Counted from the first letter of the stretch, positions 18,881 to 28,852 are shown. The stretch is 62,245 bases of DNA from an uncultured Gammaproteobacteria bacterium (GCA_964430685.1 CAYSGV010000001.1:1-62245), one strand, 5' to 3'. Program-made: numbers and translations. The notes: generated from the sequence alone by a model not told the origin.

Positions 18881-21772
18881 TTAAATTTTCCAGTGTTGGT
18901 CTTTCTTTTGCAGCATCATTTGCAAGAACGCATCACTACGATGGGCTAAATGGCGCAATATATTTACTTTTTCTTCTATGTTGAACTGCCCTTTCTGTAT
19001 ACGTTCGTTTAATTGTTTTACTGTTTGTCTGGGATACATTGCGGCTGAACCTTTTCTTATGTCCCAAAATTCATGTTGGAAATCTTTGTGCTGAGAAATC
19101 TCTTTTGCTTTATCCATTAATAACTGCCCGAGTTGCTGCGCTTCATTGCTATATTGTTTGGCTTTTATGGGATTATTTAGCCGCTGCTGATTTCGAAGCC
19201 CTATCAATTTATGATATTTACATTCATCCCGAATATATGCTTTTAATAGCTCTGACAAAGAATGTTTCGGTTCGTTGCGAATCTTAATACCTAAGCTTAC
19301 AAATTGTTTCGATAAGTTTTCCTGCCATGTTTGCAATCGCTTAGTAATATGAGTTTTGATATGTCCAACAACATTTTCAGTTAACAAATCACGACGAGTC
19401 ATAAATGCGAGAGGATAATCAAGCACACTATCTTTAAGCGCATATCGCGCTAAACTTCGCGCGAGATTTGACCGGTCGCGATATTCTGTTTGCGCAGCAT
19501 AAAGTTGGCAACTTTCCCGATGCCGGCTGAGGGCAACATAGGTTAAATGTCTATTCCAACACTGTCCACCTAGATAGACCAAGGTATGGTCCTTGGTCAT
19601 TCCTTGCGCTTTATGTATGGTTCCTGCATACCCATAGGTAAACTGACTATACTCCTTAGGGCTAAACCGCATGCTTTGCTGACTATCAAGCAAAACGGTA
19701 ATATCCACTACCCTACCCTGCTTATTTACATGTATGTCGGCAACCGTACCAAAACTACCGTTTCGAATTTTTAAGTTTCGGTCGTTTTTAAGAAAAAGAA
19801 TTCTATCTCCAACGCTGAGCTGTATTTCTCCTTGAATCGTGCGTATGGAATGACCATGCGATAAGTCGCCATGTTGTATACGCTCCCCGCGAATTCGTTC
19901 ATTGAGTAATGATACATCACGATTACGATGCGCCAGCATTAATATTTCATTTAAGGGGTTTCTTTGCCGTAATATGTACCAATGGCGAATCATTTGTTGT
20001 ATGGCTGCGGTTTCATCCTCTTTGAAATGTAAATGCCCTGCCTCATCATAAGCTCGCAATCCTTGCGCTATTTTCCCCTCTGAAAAGGCAAGTGTGGCTT
20101 CGCGTTGCCAGTCAACCTTTTGTCTATAGATGGTTTGTAAGTCAGTGAACCCTACACGCTCCACTATGGCACGGAATGATGCACCGGGACCAATAGGCTG
20201 CAACTGCTGCACATCACCAACTAATACTAACTTCGCACGTGCCTTCACAACGTTTTTAAGTAATGCGTGCATCCCATGACTATCTGTCATTCCGGCTTCA
20301 TCCATTACGACAACATCACCTTGTCGTAAATACACACTTCCCTTCTCAAGCCCTAAACGAAAAGCATCAATGGTTCTTGATTGAATACCTGCACCTTGCT
20401 GCAAATTATCAGCAGCCACCCCGGATAAGGCGACTCCAAATACCCGAACACCATGTGACTGCCATATTATATTTGCTGCACCCAGTAATAAGCTTTTGCC
20501 AGTACCGGCACGCCCCACGACACAACAAATAGCCCTATTGCGTATAAGGCGATTAACCGCAATGCGTTGCTCAAGAGTCAGATTTTTAGCCTCTTTTTGC
20601 TCATACTCTATTAGAAGTTTTTCTCGTCGTTTTACCGAAATAGAGAGATGTCCTCGTTTTCGCAATTGCTCTGCCAAGAGTTGAATTTTGTTTTCTAAAC
20701 GAAATAAGCGCCTGGTCGTGAACTGCTCATGTCCCTCTGGACTCAACCCTAAATAAACAAGCTCTGAGGACGCTTTTAATTGCATAAGAGCTTGTGCAAA
20801 ATGCTCTGCCTTGTCAGTATAGGGTAATAATGCTTTTGCGAGGCTGCGCTGCGTAAATACAGCATCATAGTATTCGATACCTTTAAGTACTTTCTCGATA
20901 TTCTCTTTTGACAGATAATTTGTGTTGGCCGGTTCTGGTAAAAACACATACCGTTGTAACTCATGAATGATTTGTTTGGTATCAAAACAGTCTTGTCCAA
21001 ACCCAAGCTTATTAAGTAAGCGCTCTGGTTTTTCTCGAATGCGTTCATTGTTATGCCGGTAAGTTTCTTGTATTGCATCCCATCGTTCCAATGACTTTCC
21101 AAGCTTGCGCATTTCACCTATTGCACGACCGCGATGCTGTGTTGGAATTAAATCAATGCCCTGAGCTTCATACGAACGATGGTCAATCCGCGCTGGGTGT
21201 TGATGCAACTGCAAATGAAAATTTGCGTAAGCGGCCCACTGTTGACGCCATTCTTGTAACAAGGTTTTTTGGTTCCACTCGGTCACCTTCCGGCCAAAGC
21301 CTAGGGTTGTTATTTCACGCATGGTGAGTAGGACATGAACATGCGGATTACCATTATCCCAGTGAACCGAATAATCTGCGACCATGCCATGTTGTACAAA
21401 TTGATCTTGAATAAATTCTTTTGCCAAACTGATATTCTGTTCACGGGTAAGTTCTATTGGTAACGCAAATTCAATTTCACGGGCAAGCTGTGCATCGATT
21501 CGCGTCTCTTTTGCTTCAACCAGGTTCCATAACCTCTCTGCTGCTAACCGTGCATCATCTTGCTCTAATGTCGTTATAGGTCGCAGCCAGGAGGCAGCAT
21601 TCGCCGGAATAAGTATCTCACGATGCACCACATTCGATTTGCTGGTGTAGTCCCACCATCGCCCTTCCCTCTCATCAAACAAGCGCATGGCACGACGATA
21701 GGCTGCGGCGGCAACAATACTTTGTCCTTTGCCCCGAGAAATTGTTTTTGCATGTAGGTGGTAGATAGCCAT
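18881..21772 (-). CDS. traA: Ti-type conjugative relaxase TraA (MobA/MobL relaxase fused to RecD-like helicase)
   Basis: N-terminus MAIYHLHAKTISRGKGQSIVAAAAYR and HWDNGNPHVHVLLT (MobA/MobL motifs I and III). Central Walker A VVGRAGTGKS and DEAGM, with a UvrD_C-like C-terminal GYAGTIHKAQG. Confidence 0.9.
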   Translation of the reverse strand: MAIYHLHAKTISRGKGQSIVAAAAYRRAMRLFDEREGRWWDYTSKSNVVHREILIPANAASWLRPITTLEQDDARLAAERLWNLVEAKETRIDAQLAREIEFALPIELTREQNISLAKEFIQDQFVQHGMVADYSVHWDNGNPHVHVLLTMREITTLGFGRKVTEWNQKTLLQEWRQQWAAYANFHLQLHQHPARIDHRSYEAQGIDLIPTQHRGRAIGEMRKLGKSLERWDAIQETYRHNNERIREKPERLLNKLGFGQDCFDTKQIIHELQRYVFLPEPANTNYLSKENIEKVLKGIEYYDAVFTQRSLAKALLPYTDKAEHFAQALMQLKASSELVYLGLSPEGHEQFTTRRLFRLENKIQLLAEQLRKRGHLSISVKRREKLLIEYEQKEAKNLTLEQRIAVNRLIRNRAICCVVGRAGTGKSLLLGAANIIWQSHGVRVFGVALSGVAADNLQQGAGIQSRTIDAFRLGLEKGSVYLRQGDVVVMDEAGMTDSHGMHALLKNVVKARAKLVLVGDVQQLQPIGPGASFRAIVERVGFTDLQTIYRQKVDWQREATLAFSEGKIAQGLRAYDEAGHLHFKEDETAAIQQMIRHWYILRQRNPLNEILMLAHRNRDVSLLNERIRGERIQHGDLSHGHSIRTIQGEIQLSVGDRILFLKNDRNLKIRNGSFGTVADIHVNKQGRVVDITVLLDSQQSMRFSPKEYSQFTYGYAGTIHKAQGMTKDHTLVYLGGQCWNRHLTYVALSRHRESCQLYAAQTEYRDRSNLARSLARYALKDSVLDYPLAFMTRRDLLTENVVGHIKTHITKRLQTWQENLSKQFVSLGIKIRNEPKHSLSELLKAYIRDECKYHKLIGLRNQQRLNNPIKAKQYSNEAQQLGQLLMDKAKEISQHKDFQHEFWDIRKGSAAMYPRQTVKQLNERIQKGQFNIEEKVNILRHLAHRSDAFLQMMLQKKDQHWKI

Positions 21773-21819
21773 TAAGTGAATCCGTTCACAAATATGCGGC
21801 TAGCTTAATCTAATCCCCA

Positions 21820-21850
21820 ATGTTGCGCCAGCAACATATAAGTGCGCATT
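21820..21850. other. candidate oriT: 7-bp inverted repeat followed by an RSF1010/Ti-like nick core
   Basis: ATGTTGC-GCCA-GCAACAT (21820-21837) is followed immediately by ATAAGTGCGCATT (21838-21850). The MobQ/Ti-type nick region is TAAGTGCGCCCT, placed a few bp from an IR. The site lies between divergent traA and traC, as in Ti plasmids. The nicked strand is not determinable here. Confidence 0.6.
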
Positions 21851-21949
21851 TGCATGACTGGCGGAGCGCTTCGCGCTGTATTATGATAGTCGATGTAAAT
21901 CTCTAAGATTGTTAATGGGAAAAAACGATAATTAGCCAAGGAGGGCTTC

Positions 21950-22249
21950 ATGTCAGAATATGCAGATAAGTTAGCGAGTATAGTCAGTCAAAAACAAAAG
22001 CTTATTGAAAAAGAACAGATACTGGTTCAAAAACGCAAAACGGAAATCGGTGAGCTTGCTGAAAAACTTGGACTGCTAACCGCCCCGGATGTCTTGTTAG
22101 CGGGTTTATTTCATACCGCCAACCAGGCACTACAAGGTAATCCGCAACAACTCAAGGAGTGGGAGTCCATTGGAACAAACTATCTTAAACCCAAGAGTAC
22201 CAACCGCTCTCGCCCTTCGAAGAATCCAATGGCAGAAAGCACGGCTTGA
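21950..22249 (+). CDS. traC: TraC-like relaxosome accessory protein
   Basis: 99 aa, strong AGGAGG SD. Divergent from traA across the oriT, as in the Ti traCDG arrangement. Contains an ...AEKLGLLTAPDVLLAGLF... type motif. Confidence 0.55.
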   Translation: MSEYADKLASIVSQKQKLIEKEQILVQKRKTEIGELAEKLGLLTAPDVLLAGLFHTANQALQGNPQQLKEWESIGTNYLKPKSTNRSRPSKNPMAESTA

Positions 22250-22484
22250 ACGGATGTACGCACGCATGAGGCAGTTAGAGCGTAAAGAAGATACTCGCCG
22301 CAAAATACAACTGGGGGGTTTAATTAAAAAAGCCGGCCTAGCTACTGAATCGACCGCTGTATTGCTTGGGCTATTACTTGAAGCTCGGGAACTTTTAGAT
22401 AGTGGACAATCGGAAGAAACTAAAAAACGATGGCAACTAATGGGAGATATTTTGCTAACGGAACAAAGGCGGCCTTCTGATTAG
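22170..22484 (+). CDS. traD: TraD-like relaxosome accessory protein
   Basis: RKEDTRRKIQLGGLIKKAGL....LLGLLLEA matches the small Ti-type TraD pattern (DTRRKI.LG.L..KAGL). The start is ambiguous: ATG 22170 overlaps traC by 80 nt, and ATG 22254 sits just after the traC stop. Confidence 0.55.
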   Translation: MEQTILNPRVPTALALRRIQWQKARLERMYARMRQLERKEDTRRKIQLGGLIKKAGLATESTAVLLGLLLEARELLDSGQSEETKKRWQLMGDILLTEQRRPSD

Positions 22485-22689
22485 TTCTGTAGAAGCTATA
22501 GGAACAACTCTTATAGCTGTCTTAAAACGTAGAAACGCTATATCGATTATCGAAAAAAAATAAATCCCTACGTATCTTGCTTAATCACCCCAGTAATCCT
22601 TTGCTCTTTTCTTCCATACGCAACGAAGCTAGGAATTATCGCAATATGCATCATTTGTAAAAAGTACGAAGGATGTAACATATAACGGC

Positions 22690-24147
22690 CTATGGTTTAT
22701 TTTCGATTTGACCAGATAATAACTTCAATCCTAATTCCGTAATTTTATATCTTTGTTTACTACTTTTAGGTTTTTCAGGAATAGTCATTCCTAATAAGTC
22801 ATTTTCTATAAGTGGGGTAATATATTTTTGTCTAAATTTTGTCCTATTTTTCCAGCGTATCACTTTCATTAGTTCAGTGACTGTCTTGGGATTTCGACAT
22901 AAATCTATTATTGCGCTCATTTCCAGATCTAATTCGAACTTGGTCCCAACTTGGTCCCGACTTAGTCCCGACTTAGTCCCAGATGGTGCTACTGTTGCAA
23001 CTTCCGGATGTGGATAAAATGTCACTCGCAACACATTTCCTAATTCTTCCCATTGAGGTTCTGGATACCCACCACGATGGCAAGCTTCTTTTATTCGTTT
23101 GTAACCACTGCCCCATTCTTCTACTAAACCTAGTTCACCGAAAACTCGAGCAATAGTAGGGTTACGAATACGGCTGACTCCTGCTTTAAATTGCTCGATA
23201 CTCATTCCCGGTGGCATCACTCCTGGATTTTGAATTTCAAGCTTGTCATCGTATATTGCAACAAAAATACGAGTTCCAGGAATTTCATAGTTTGCATGGA
23301 CAAGAGCATTGGTCAGCGCTTCTCGAATTCCATCTATTGGGTACTCTGAAATATCTGTTCGCTTCATCGCACCAAACTTACCAGACATTTTAGTATTACG
23401 TCGTATAAATTTAGGAACTTCCTCTATAGCACGAAGAATACCGTCTTCAATATTTAATCGATCGATAAATTCAGCTCTTGTTGTCCCCACAAACCGAGCA
23501 CATCGTACTTCAGCAAACGGGAAATACTCATGTCGAATTTCTGGTTTACCAAATAAAATTACTCCACCATTGCTGGCAACATCACGTTTTCCTCTTTTAG
23601 TCAGAATACCTAAATTAAGCAATTTAACGGTATCAATGGAAAAGTTTCTTTTTGAAAAAACGGTTTCAATAAGCTGCATATCTAGATCAAATTCCACCAC
23701 ATTATCACATGCGGTTTTATCAAAAAAAGGATGATGATGTGCACGTTTTATTTCATCAATTAATTCTTTACTAGCAAGCCTGGTCGAATTTCCTAACCTA
23801 GTGTAAACACCATTTTCCTCTCCCTTATCAGATAAATAATAAGGAACTGCCACATGATCTACCTGTATAACTAAAACTGATTTTCTTTTAGCCTCAAAAA
23901 TGTGAAAATCAGGTAATATTTGTGGTTTTATTCTATGTGCAATTGCATTGGCCAATTGTTCCTGTACACGCGCAGGTTCCTTAAGGCCAACAATATCGCC
24001 ATTGTCATCAACTCCAATTAGAATGATGCCACCAGCAGTATTAGCAAATGCAACAACGCATTTCAAAATCGGTTCTAAAGAAGAAGTATCCCGCTTGAAT
24101 TCTAATGTTTTACTTTCTGGTAATTTAGCAAGTCGAATAATATCCAT
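22690..24147 (-). CDS. AlbA_2 (Schlafen-like, 'divergent AAA') + HATPase_c_4 + C-terminal wHTH protein
   Basis: N-terminus SKTLEFKRDTSS...VVAFANTAGGIILIGVDDNGDIVG (AlbA_2). IREALTNALVHANY...FVAIYDDKLEIQNPG...RNPTIARVF..LGLVEEWGSGYKRI (HATPase_c_4). Confidence 0.85.
   Translation of the reverse strand: MDIIRLAKLPESKTLEFKRDTSSLEPILKCVVAFANTAGGIILIGVDDNGDIVGLKEPARVQEQLANAIAHRIKPQILPDFHIFEAKRKSVLVIQVDHVAVPYYLSDKGEENGVYTRLGNSTRLASKELIDEIKRAHHHPFFDKTACDNVVEFDLDMQLIETVFSKRNFSIDTVKLLNLGILTKRGKRDVASNGGVILFGKPEIRHEYFPFAEVRCARFVGTTRAEFIDRLNIEDGILRAIEEVPKFIRRNTKMSGKFGAMKRTDISEYPIDGIREALTNALVHANYEIPGTRIFVAIYDDKLEIQNPGVMPPGMSIEQFKAGVSRIRNPTIARVFGELGLVEEWGSGYKRIKEACHRGGYPEPQWEELGNVLRVTFYPHPEVATVAPSGTKSGLSRDQVGTKFELDLEMSAIIDLCRNPKTVTELMKVIRWKNRTKFRQKYITPLIENDLLGMTIPEKPKSSKQRYKITELGLKLLSGQIENKP
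22937..22980. repeat. 4 x 11-bp tandem repeat inside the AlbA_2 gene
   Basis: + strand units are AACTTGGTCCC, AACTTGGTCCC, GACTTAGTCCC, GACTTAGTCCC. On the coding strand these are GGGACTAAGTC x2 and GGGACCAAGTT x2. Unit length is not a multiple of 3; the array encodes SGTKSGLSRDQVGTKF. Confidence 0.9.
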
Positions 24148-24180
24148 ATATCACTTACATTATATATACTTTAAAATAGG

Positions 24181-25020
24181 TCAAGTGGTTCTGATATGTT
24201 CCACTAACCATTCTATCTCATCAAGAGAATTAATAGGTATAACCACCCGCCCTTCTCCACGTTTATTCAAGTGGATTCTTACTTCTACAGATAACTTTTG
24301 CGCTAAAACTTTATTCCATTGCTGTATCTTATCTTCCAATTCAGTATTTATTGCTTCAATTGTCGTTATTGGCTTTTGTTTTATTTTCTGTGCGATCTTC
24401 TCGGTTTCTCTGACTGATAATGCCTTATTAACTATTACCTTAGCTATTGCAATTTGTTGATTACTATTTAAACTTAATAATGCTCTAGCATGTCCCATTT
24501 CTAGTAATCCCGCATTAATCATGGTCTTAACTTCATTCTCCAAATTTAACAATCTAAGCAGGTTACTAACGGTTGCACGTGACTTACCAATACTTTCAGC
24601 TATTTGATTATGTGTCATGGCACATTCTTCTAATAAACACTGTATTGCCTGAGCAAGCTCTAATGGGTTCAAGTTTTCACGTTGAATATTTTCAATCAAT
24701 CCAACGGCTCTTCTACTCGCACTATCATATTCTTTTATAATTACCGGTATTTTCTCCAACCCTACCAACTTTGCAGCGCGCCATCTCCGTTCTCCTGCAA
24801 TAAGCTCGTACATATTAGTATTAGCAAGTTTTCTAACAATTATCGGTTGAATAACGCCATGTTTCCTAATAGAGGCTGCAAGTTCATTTAGTAACCTTTC
24901 ATCAAAATTCTTCCTGGCTTGATTATGATCAGGTACGATTTGTGAAACATATAGTTCATCAGCATCAAAATTTATAATATTACTTTTCAAATCTATTGGT
25001 TCAAATGCTGCAAACTTCAT
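24181..25020 (-). CDS. parB: ParB/Spo0J-family partition protein
   Basis: GVIQPIIVRK....YELIAGERRWRAAKLVGLEKIPVII (ParB box) followed by an HTH. ATGA overlap with the upstream rep gene. Confidence 0.85.
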   Translation of the reverse strand: MKFAAFEPIDLKSNIINFDADELYVSQIVPDHNQARKNFDERLLNELAASIRKHGVIQPIIVRKLANTNMYELIAGERRWRAAKLVGLEKIPVIIKEYDSASRRAVGLIENIQRENLNPLELAQAIQCLLEECAMTHNQIAESIGKSRATVSNLLRLLNLENEVKTMINAGLLEMGHARALLSLNSNQQIAIAKVIVNKALSVRETEKIAQKIKQKPITTIEAINTELEDKIQQWNKVLAQKLSVEVRIHLNKRGEGRVVIPINSLDEIEWLVEHIRTT

Positions 25021-26201
25021 TTGATGGCCTTTTCATCAATTAAAGTATCTTTTAATGAATGTTGTCGTAATTGTCCTTCACAATTCGTTATAAGTTCTAG
25101 TATATGTGATTCATCCGAACCATTTCTGCTGGCTCGAGTATACTCCAAAACCCTTCTCCAATGCTGAAGTTCCATTTGCAAATCATAGGTATTATCATTC
25201 TGCAGAGCTTCGCTATCAATGATATTTTTTTCTGTATTTTGGGATTGAATATTATCCTTTACTTTATAGTCGTGCTTAAGCGCACTAATAAAATATGGTA
25301 TGGGATAAAATCCCGAGTTATCTTTTTTAGCATGTTGAACTGTATAAGCAACTTTCTCCAAAATATATTCCGCAGAGTAATTTTTTAATATATTTTCAAG
25401 CACAGAAATTCTTATCGACCCGAAAACATGTTCAATTTCTTTACAGACTTTATCATTTTTATCAATAGCTCCCTGGTTCTCTGTTTTGGTTGGTTTTTTC
25501 TTACTATTAACAAATAAATCATATCCTACAATTCTTCTGCCATTTTTAACTTCTTCTAAATTCACGACAAAATCAGCCAGCTCATTAACTTCTTCAATCG
25601 CTGGCTGTATTACATTTCTTTTTAGCTCACCCATGTTGGAATAATTACTTTCTGAAACACCCAATAGTTTTCTAAACGTATTCAGCTGGATAACTTTGCT
25701 TTTTTGAAGATTAACAAAACGGGTACTATTTTCGTAAAGTGAATGACCGTATTTTGATTCGAATCGAGACTGAATATCAAGATTTATAGTCCCATATATA
25801 GATGGATTATCAACCAAATCAAGCATCACTTTATGAAAAGAAAAATTTAAGCTGCCATCTTGATAAAAGGTTGGTGCTCCATGTAAAACTCTCAAGTTTA
25901 AAAATGATATATTTGTTGGAACTTTATCTTTTAAAAGGTTCCATTCTATTTTTAGGGATGCAAGCCCATCGATTGCCTCCTTCAAATATCGAGTATTATT
26001 ACTAATAAATCTAATTTCTTTAGATAGGTTAGAAAAATGAATGCGGCATTCAACGGCAACGGATTCTCTAATATCAATAAAATTATTTTTCTTAATTGCT
26101 TCATATAGTAGAACATTTACAACTTTTCTTTGTAATGAGCTCATTAGAGAATAGGCATGTATTATCGCAACATGTTTTTTTATGGTTCGTTCAGTTACCA
26201 T
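25017..26201 (-). CDS. Rep_3-type (iteron-binding) plasmid replication initiator
   Basis: N-terminus ...HAYSLMSSLQRKVVNVLLYEA... and central NTFRKLLGVSESNYSNMGELKRNVIQPAIEEVNELADFVVNLEEVKNGRRIVGYDLFV fit the Rep_3/RepB winged-helix pattern. An iteron array lies upstream in the same module. Confidence 0.7.
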   Translation of the reverse strand: MVTERTIKKHVAIIHAYSLMSSLQRKVVNVLLYEAIKKNNFIDIRESVAVECRIHFSNLSKEIRFISNNTRYLKEAIDGLASLKIEWNLLKDKVPTNISFLNLRVLHGAPTFYQDGSLNFSFHKVMLDLVDNPSIYGTINLDIQSRFESKYGHSLYENSTRFVNLQKSKVIQLNTFRKLLGVSESNYSNMGELKRNVIQPAIEEVNELADFVVNLEEVKNGRRIVGYDLFVNSKKKPTKTENQGAIDKNDKVCKEIEHVFGSIRISVLENILKNYSAEYILEKVAYTVQHAKKDNSGFYPIPYFISALKHDYKVKDNIQSQNTEKNIIDSEALQNDNTYDLQMELQHWRRVLEYTRASRNGSDESHILELITNCEGQLRQHSLKDTLIDEKAIK

Positions 26202-26228
26202 TATCTAATCCATATGATTTCATTTCAC

Positions 26229-26600
26229 TCATGTTTTCCTCATAAGTCTACTTAAAATGGCAGCACGAATAATGGCTGCTTGAGGGCCTCTAATATCAGG
26301 GTAGGCCTTAACCACCTCGTTTCTCATTTCAGCAAAAATACATCGCTGCTGAAAGGTCATATAAATTTTATCAAACACAAAATCTTTATTATTACCTTCC
26401 GCATTACATACCATTTCCTTGTAGTCCGGGTTTTCTTTCAACATAAGAATAGCTTCATTCACCCAATCACTTTTCTTTTTTAAATTATATTTATCGGAAT
26501 TAACCAAGGTTGCTCTTATTTTTTGTTTAATTTCCTTATTAAGAGTAAAGGTAATAATTTTTTTATCTTCTTCGTCGTTATTCAACGTAAGCTTATTCAT
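26229..26600 (-). CDS. hypothetical protein within the par-rep operon
   Basis: 123-aa ORF whose start overlaps the upstream stop by 1 nt (coupled). Confidence 0.45.
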   Translation of the reverse strand: MNKLTLNNDEEDKKIITFTLNKEIKQKIRATLVNSDKYNLKKKSDWVNEAILMLKENPDYKEMVCNAEGNNKDFVFDKIYMTFQQRCIFAEMRNEVVKAYPDIRGPQAAIIRAAILSRLMRKT

Positions 26601-27652
26601 TATTTTAATGAGACTCCTTGCTCAAGCAAAGCTATAATATTTCTAAACGCAACCTCAACCGATTCATTACTATTCCATAGGATATCGCCTTTTATATTAT
26701 TCAATTGCTTCAGAATATTATCCTTCAAAACATTGCTTGATATTAATGCATCGACAATAATTTTGACAATATCAGGCTTGACCGCACCCAACCGAATATA
26801 TGGTTTTCGACGATTTTTCATTTCCTTTTTCATTGGTTGAACATTTTGATTTGTCTCAAGTTCTTTTTTAAATTTGACAATGGATTCATAGGTCTGCCCT
26901 GCTAACGCCATGTTTAGAAGTAATTTTTGATGCTCAGCGCTCTCAGTCATGCAAATGAGTTCTATGATCTTAATGTTTTCCAATTTACCATCAAGAATTA
27001 ACTGTTTTATCTCAGGTTTAGACTTAATAATTAAAATGTACCGCCGTGCCTGAGTACTAGACATTCCTGTTAAATCTCCTAGCAACTGGGATGTTATTCG
27101 CTCTTTAGCATTATTCTTGTTATTCTCAGCTAAATATTCTTTTATAATTGATTCAAGACTTAAAATTCTTTCAGGTAGCGAGAGGTCAGCACGTTCATTA
27201 TTTTCAATCCATTGCAATACTCTGAGTTTTGTCCCAACTGGCCTTTGACTTGCAATTCGAGCTATAATTTCTTTCTTACCAGCAATAGCTGACGCTAAGG
27301 TTCGCCTTTCACCAGCAATTAAACGACATTTATTACCATATCTATAAACAAACACTGGATTAATTAGCTGGTCATTCATTATAGTTTTAGCTAATGATTC
27401 CAAAGATTTCCAATCCTGTTTTTTCCTTTCATAATTCACATCTGTTGAATCAATTCCATTAATAGCATCCTGAAGAGTTAAGAGTAACTCGCGTTTGTTG
27501 TCAGGATCAAGTTCAATGTTTTCCAAAGGTAAGACCTCTATTGATAACTCACCAGCATAATTATTTGCGATTTCTAGCGTTCTAATTATAGCTTCTTTTG
27601 TTTCAATACTTTTAGAACTCTCTAATTTGAATTTATTAACCATAAATAGCAT
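26600..27652 (-). CDS. ParB-N-domain protein (second ParB-like protein of this module)
   Basis: LINPVFVYRYGNKCRLIAGERRTLASAIAGKKEIIARI (ParB/Srx box). Overlaps the parA 3' end by 17 nt. Confidence 0.7.
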   Translation of the reverse strand: MLFMVNKFKLESSKSIETKEAIIRTLEIANNYAGELSIEVLPLENIELDPDNKRELLLTLQDAINGIDSTDVNYERKKQDWKSLESLAKTIMNDQLINPVFVYRYGNKCRLIAGERRTLASAIAGKKEIIARIASQRPVGTKLRVLQWIENNERADLSLPERILSLESIIKEYLAENNKNNAKERITSQLLGDLTGMSSTQARRYILIIKSKPEIKQLILDGKLENIKIIELICMTESAEHQKLLLNMALAGQTYESIVKFKKELETNQNVQPMKKEMKNRRKPYIRLGAVKPDIVKIIVDALISSNVLKDNILKQLNNIKGDILWNSNESVEVAFRNIIALLEQGVSLK

Positions 27653-28553
27653 CCTCGTATTGATTCACCTTATTGTAAGTATTATGAAAAACTCTTTCAT
27701 ACACGTAAGAACACCACTTTTCACTTTCTATTCTTGCTGGATTTGATTTAGGTAAATTAAAAACACAATTCGGTTTAGCGTTTTCAACAACAAGCTCAGT
27801 ATAAAGTGTTCGTAATGCAATAGGAGGTAATAACCATTCTTCAGATCCATCTATGGATCTTAAATCATTAAGAAACTTATTATGGACAGCGGTTTTTCTA
27901 ACTTGATTTGGAAGGATTCCAGCAATTTGTATAGTGTCATCTTTGGGTCTTCTAAGTTGTTCTTGAGAAATCGCTTCTATCATTCCAATTGTTCCATTTA
28001 TACCATATTGCTCTAATTCCGTTGGCAATAAACCATGTGTAGCAGCTCTAAGACCAGCCATTGTTAGTGGTCCAAATTGTGGATTAGTATCTATAATAAT
28101 AAATTCATAATCACTGTGTTTGGATAGTAACGTTGTAAATTCTTTTAGCCTATTGATGACTTTTTCTTTTACATCAATTTTTAATACACGTTGCGCGTCT
28201 TCAAGTAATGAAGCAAAAGAAGGAAAACACTGTAAACTATTTAGCCAAGTTGGATATGGATATATCGGCCTACCAGTAAATATATCAGCAATACTACTAA
28301 TACCATCCCAATGTGAATCATCTTCTGGAGGTTTGTTTGGATCCCAATCTGGATGTGGTTTAGGCATATACCCCGTTGGATGAGCAGGATCACGAACCAT
28401 AGGAATTAAACTTGATGAAGAATTTCCTTGAGGGTCTAAATCTATAAATGCGCCTTTCATGCCTTTGCATATTACAAGATACTGCGCGAGTGTTAGTGCA
28501 ATAGTAGACTTCCCTATTCCACCTTTATTTCCTGCTGTTGTAATTACTTTCAT
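27636..28553 (-). CDS. parA: ParA/Soj-family partition ATPase
   Basis: Deviant Walker A at the N-terminus (MKVITTAGNKGGIGKSTIALTLA) and Walker B region FIIIDTNP. Confidence 0.85.
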   Translation of the reverse strand: MKVITTAGNKGGIGKSTIALTLAQYLVICKGMKGAFIDLDPQGNSSSSLIPMVRDPAHPTGYMPKPHPDWDPNKPPEDDSHWDGISSIADIFTGRPIYPYPTWLNSLQCFPSFASLLEDAQRVLKIDVKEKVINRLKEFTTLLSKHSDYEFIIIDTNPQFGPLTMAGLRAATHGLLPTELEQYGINGTIGMIEAISQEQLRRPKDDTIQIAGILPNQVRKTAVHNKFLNDLRSIDGSEEWLLPPIALRTLYTELVVENAKPNCVFNLPKSNPARIESEKWCSYVYERVFHNTYNKVNQYEDAIYG

Positions 28554-28732
28554 TTATCCTCCAAAGGACACTATGTACTATTCGCAAGGCTATCTTTAAA
28601 AATCGAATTTTGCAAGCGGTATAATGTACTTTTGTTTATTAGAAAAATATATTTATATTTTCATATTTATTAATTCCTAGGAGAATTAATTACATAAATA
28701 CATGATAATTAATGTAAAATACAAAAAATGAT

Positions 28733-28852
28733 ATGTAGTAATATGGGTATTAGTATGTAGGATTATGGGAAGTTAGATGTAATTTATCTATATTATGTAG
28801 GATTATGGGTAACATAACATGTAGATTTATGGTAAATATGTAGCTTTATGAG
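28733..28852. repeat. iteron-like array, about six copies of ATGTAG(G/A/C)(A/T)TTATGGG
   Basis: Copies at 28733-28747, 28755-28769, 28777-28790 (degenerate), 28795-28809, 28819-28832 and 28838-52. Start-to-start spacing is 22, 22, 18, 24, 19 bp. The array lies about 180 bp upstream of parA in a 1.5-kb AT-rich non-coding region. Confidence 0.8.

Noticed and set aside
19039-21327. Several 60-113-aa ORFs on both strands within traA
   Set aside because: They lie entirely inside the well-supported relaxase-helicase gene and lack SD sequences.
28733-28852. Regularly spaced repeats that might be mistaken for a CRISPR array
   Set aside because: The units are about 15 bp with only 4-9 bp between them (22-bp period). 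This is far shorter than CRISPR repeats and spacers, and no cas genes are present. The geometry is that of iterons or a centromere.
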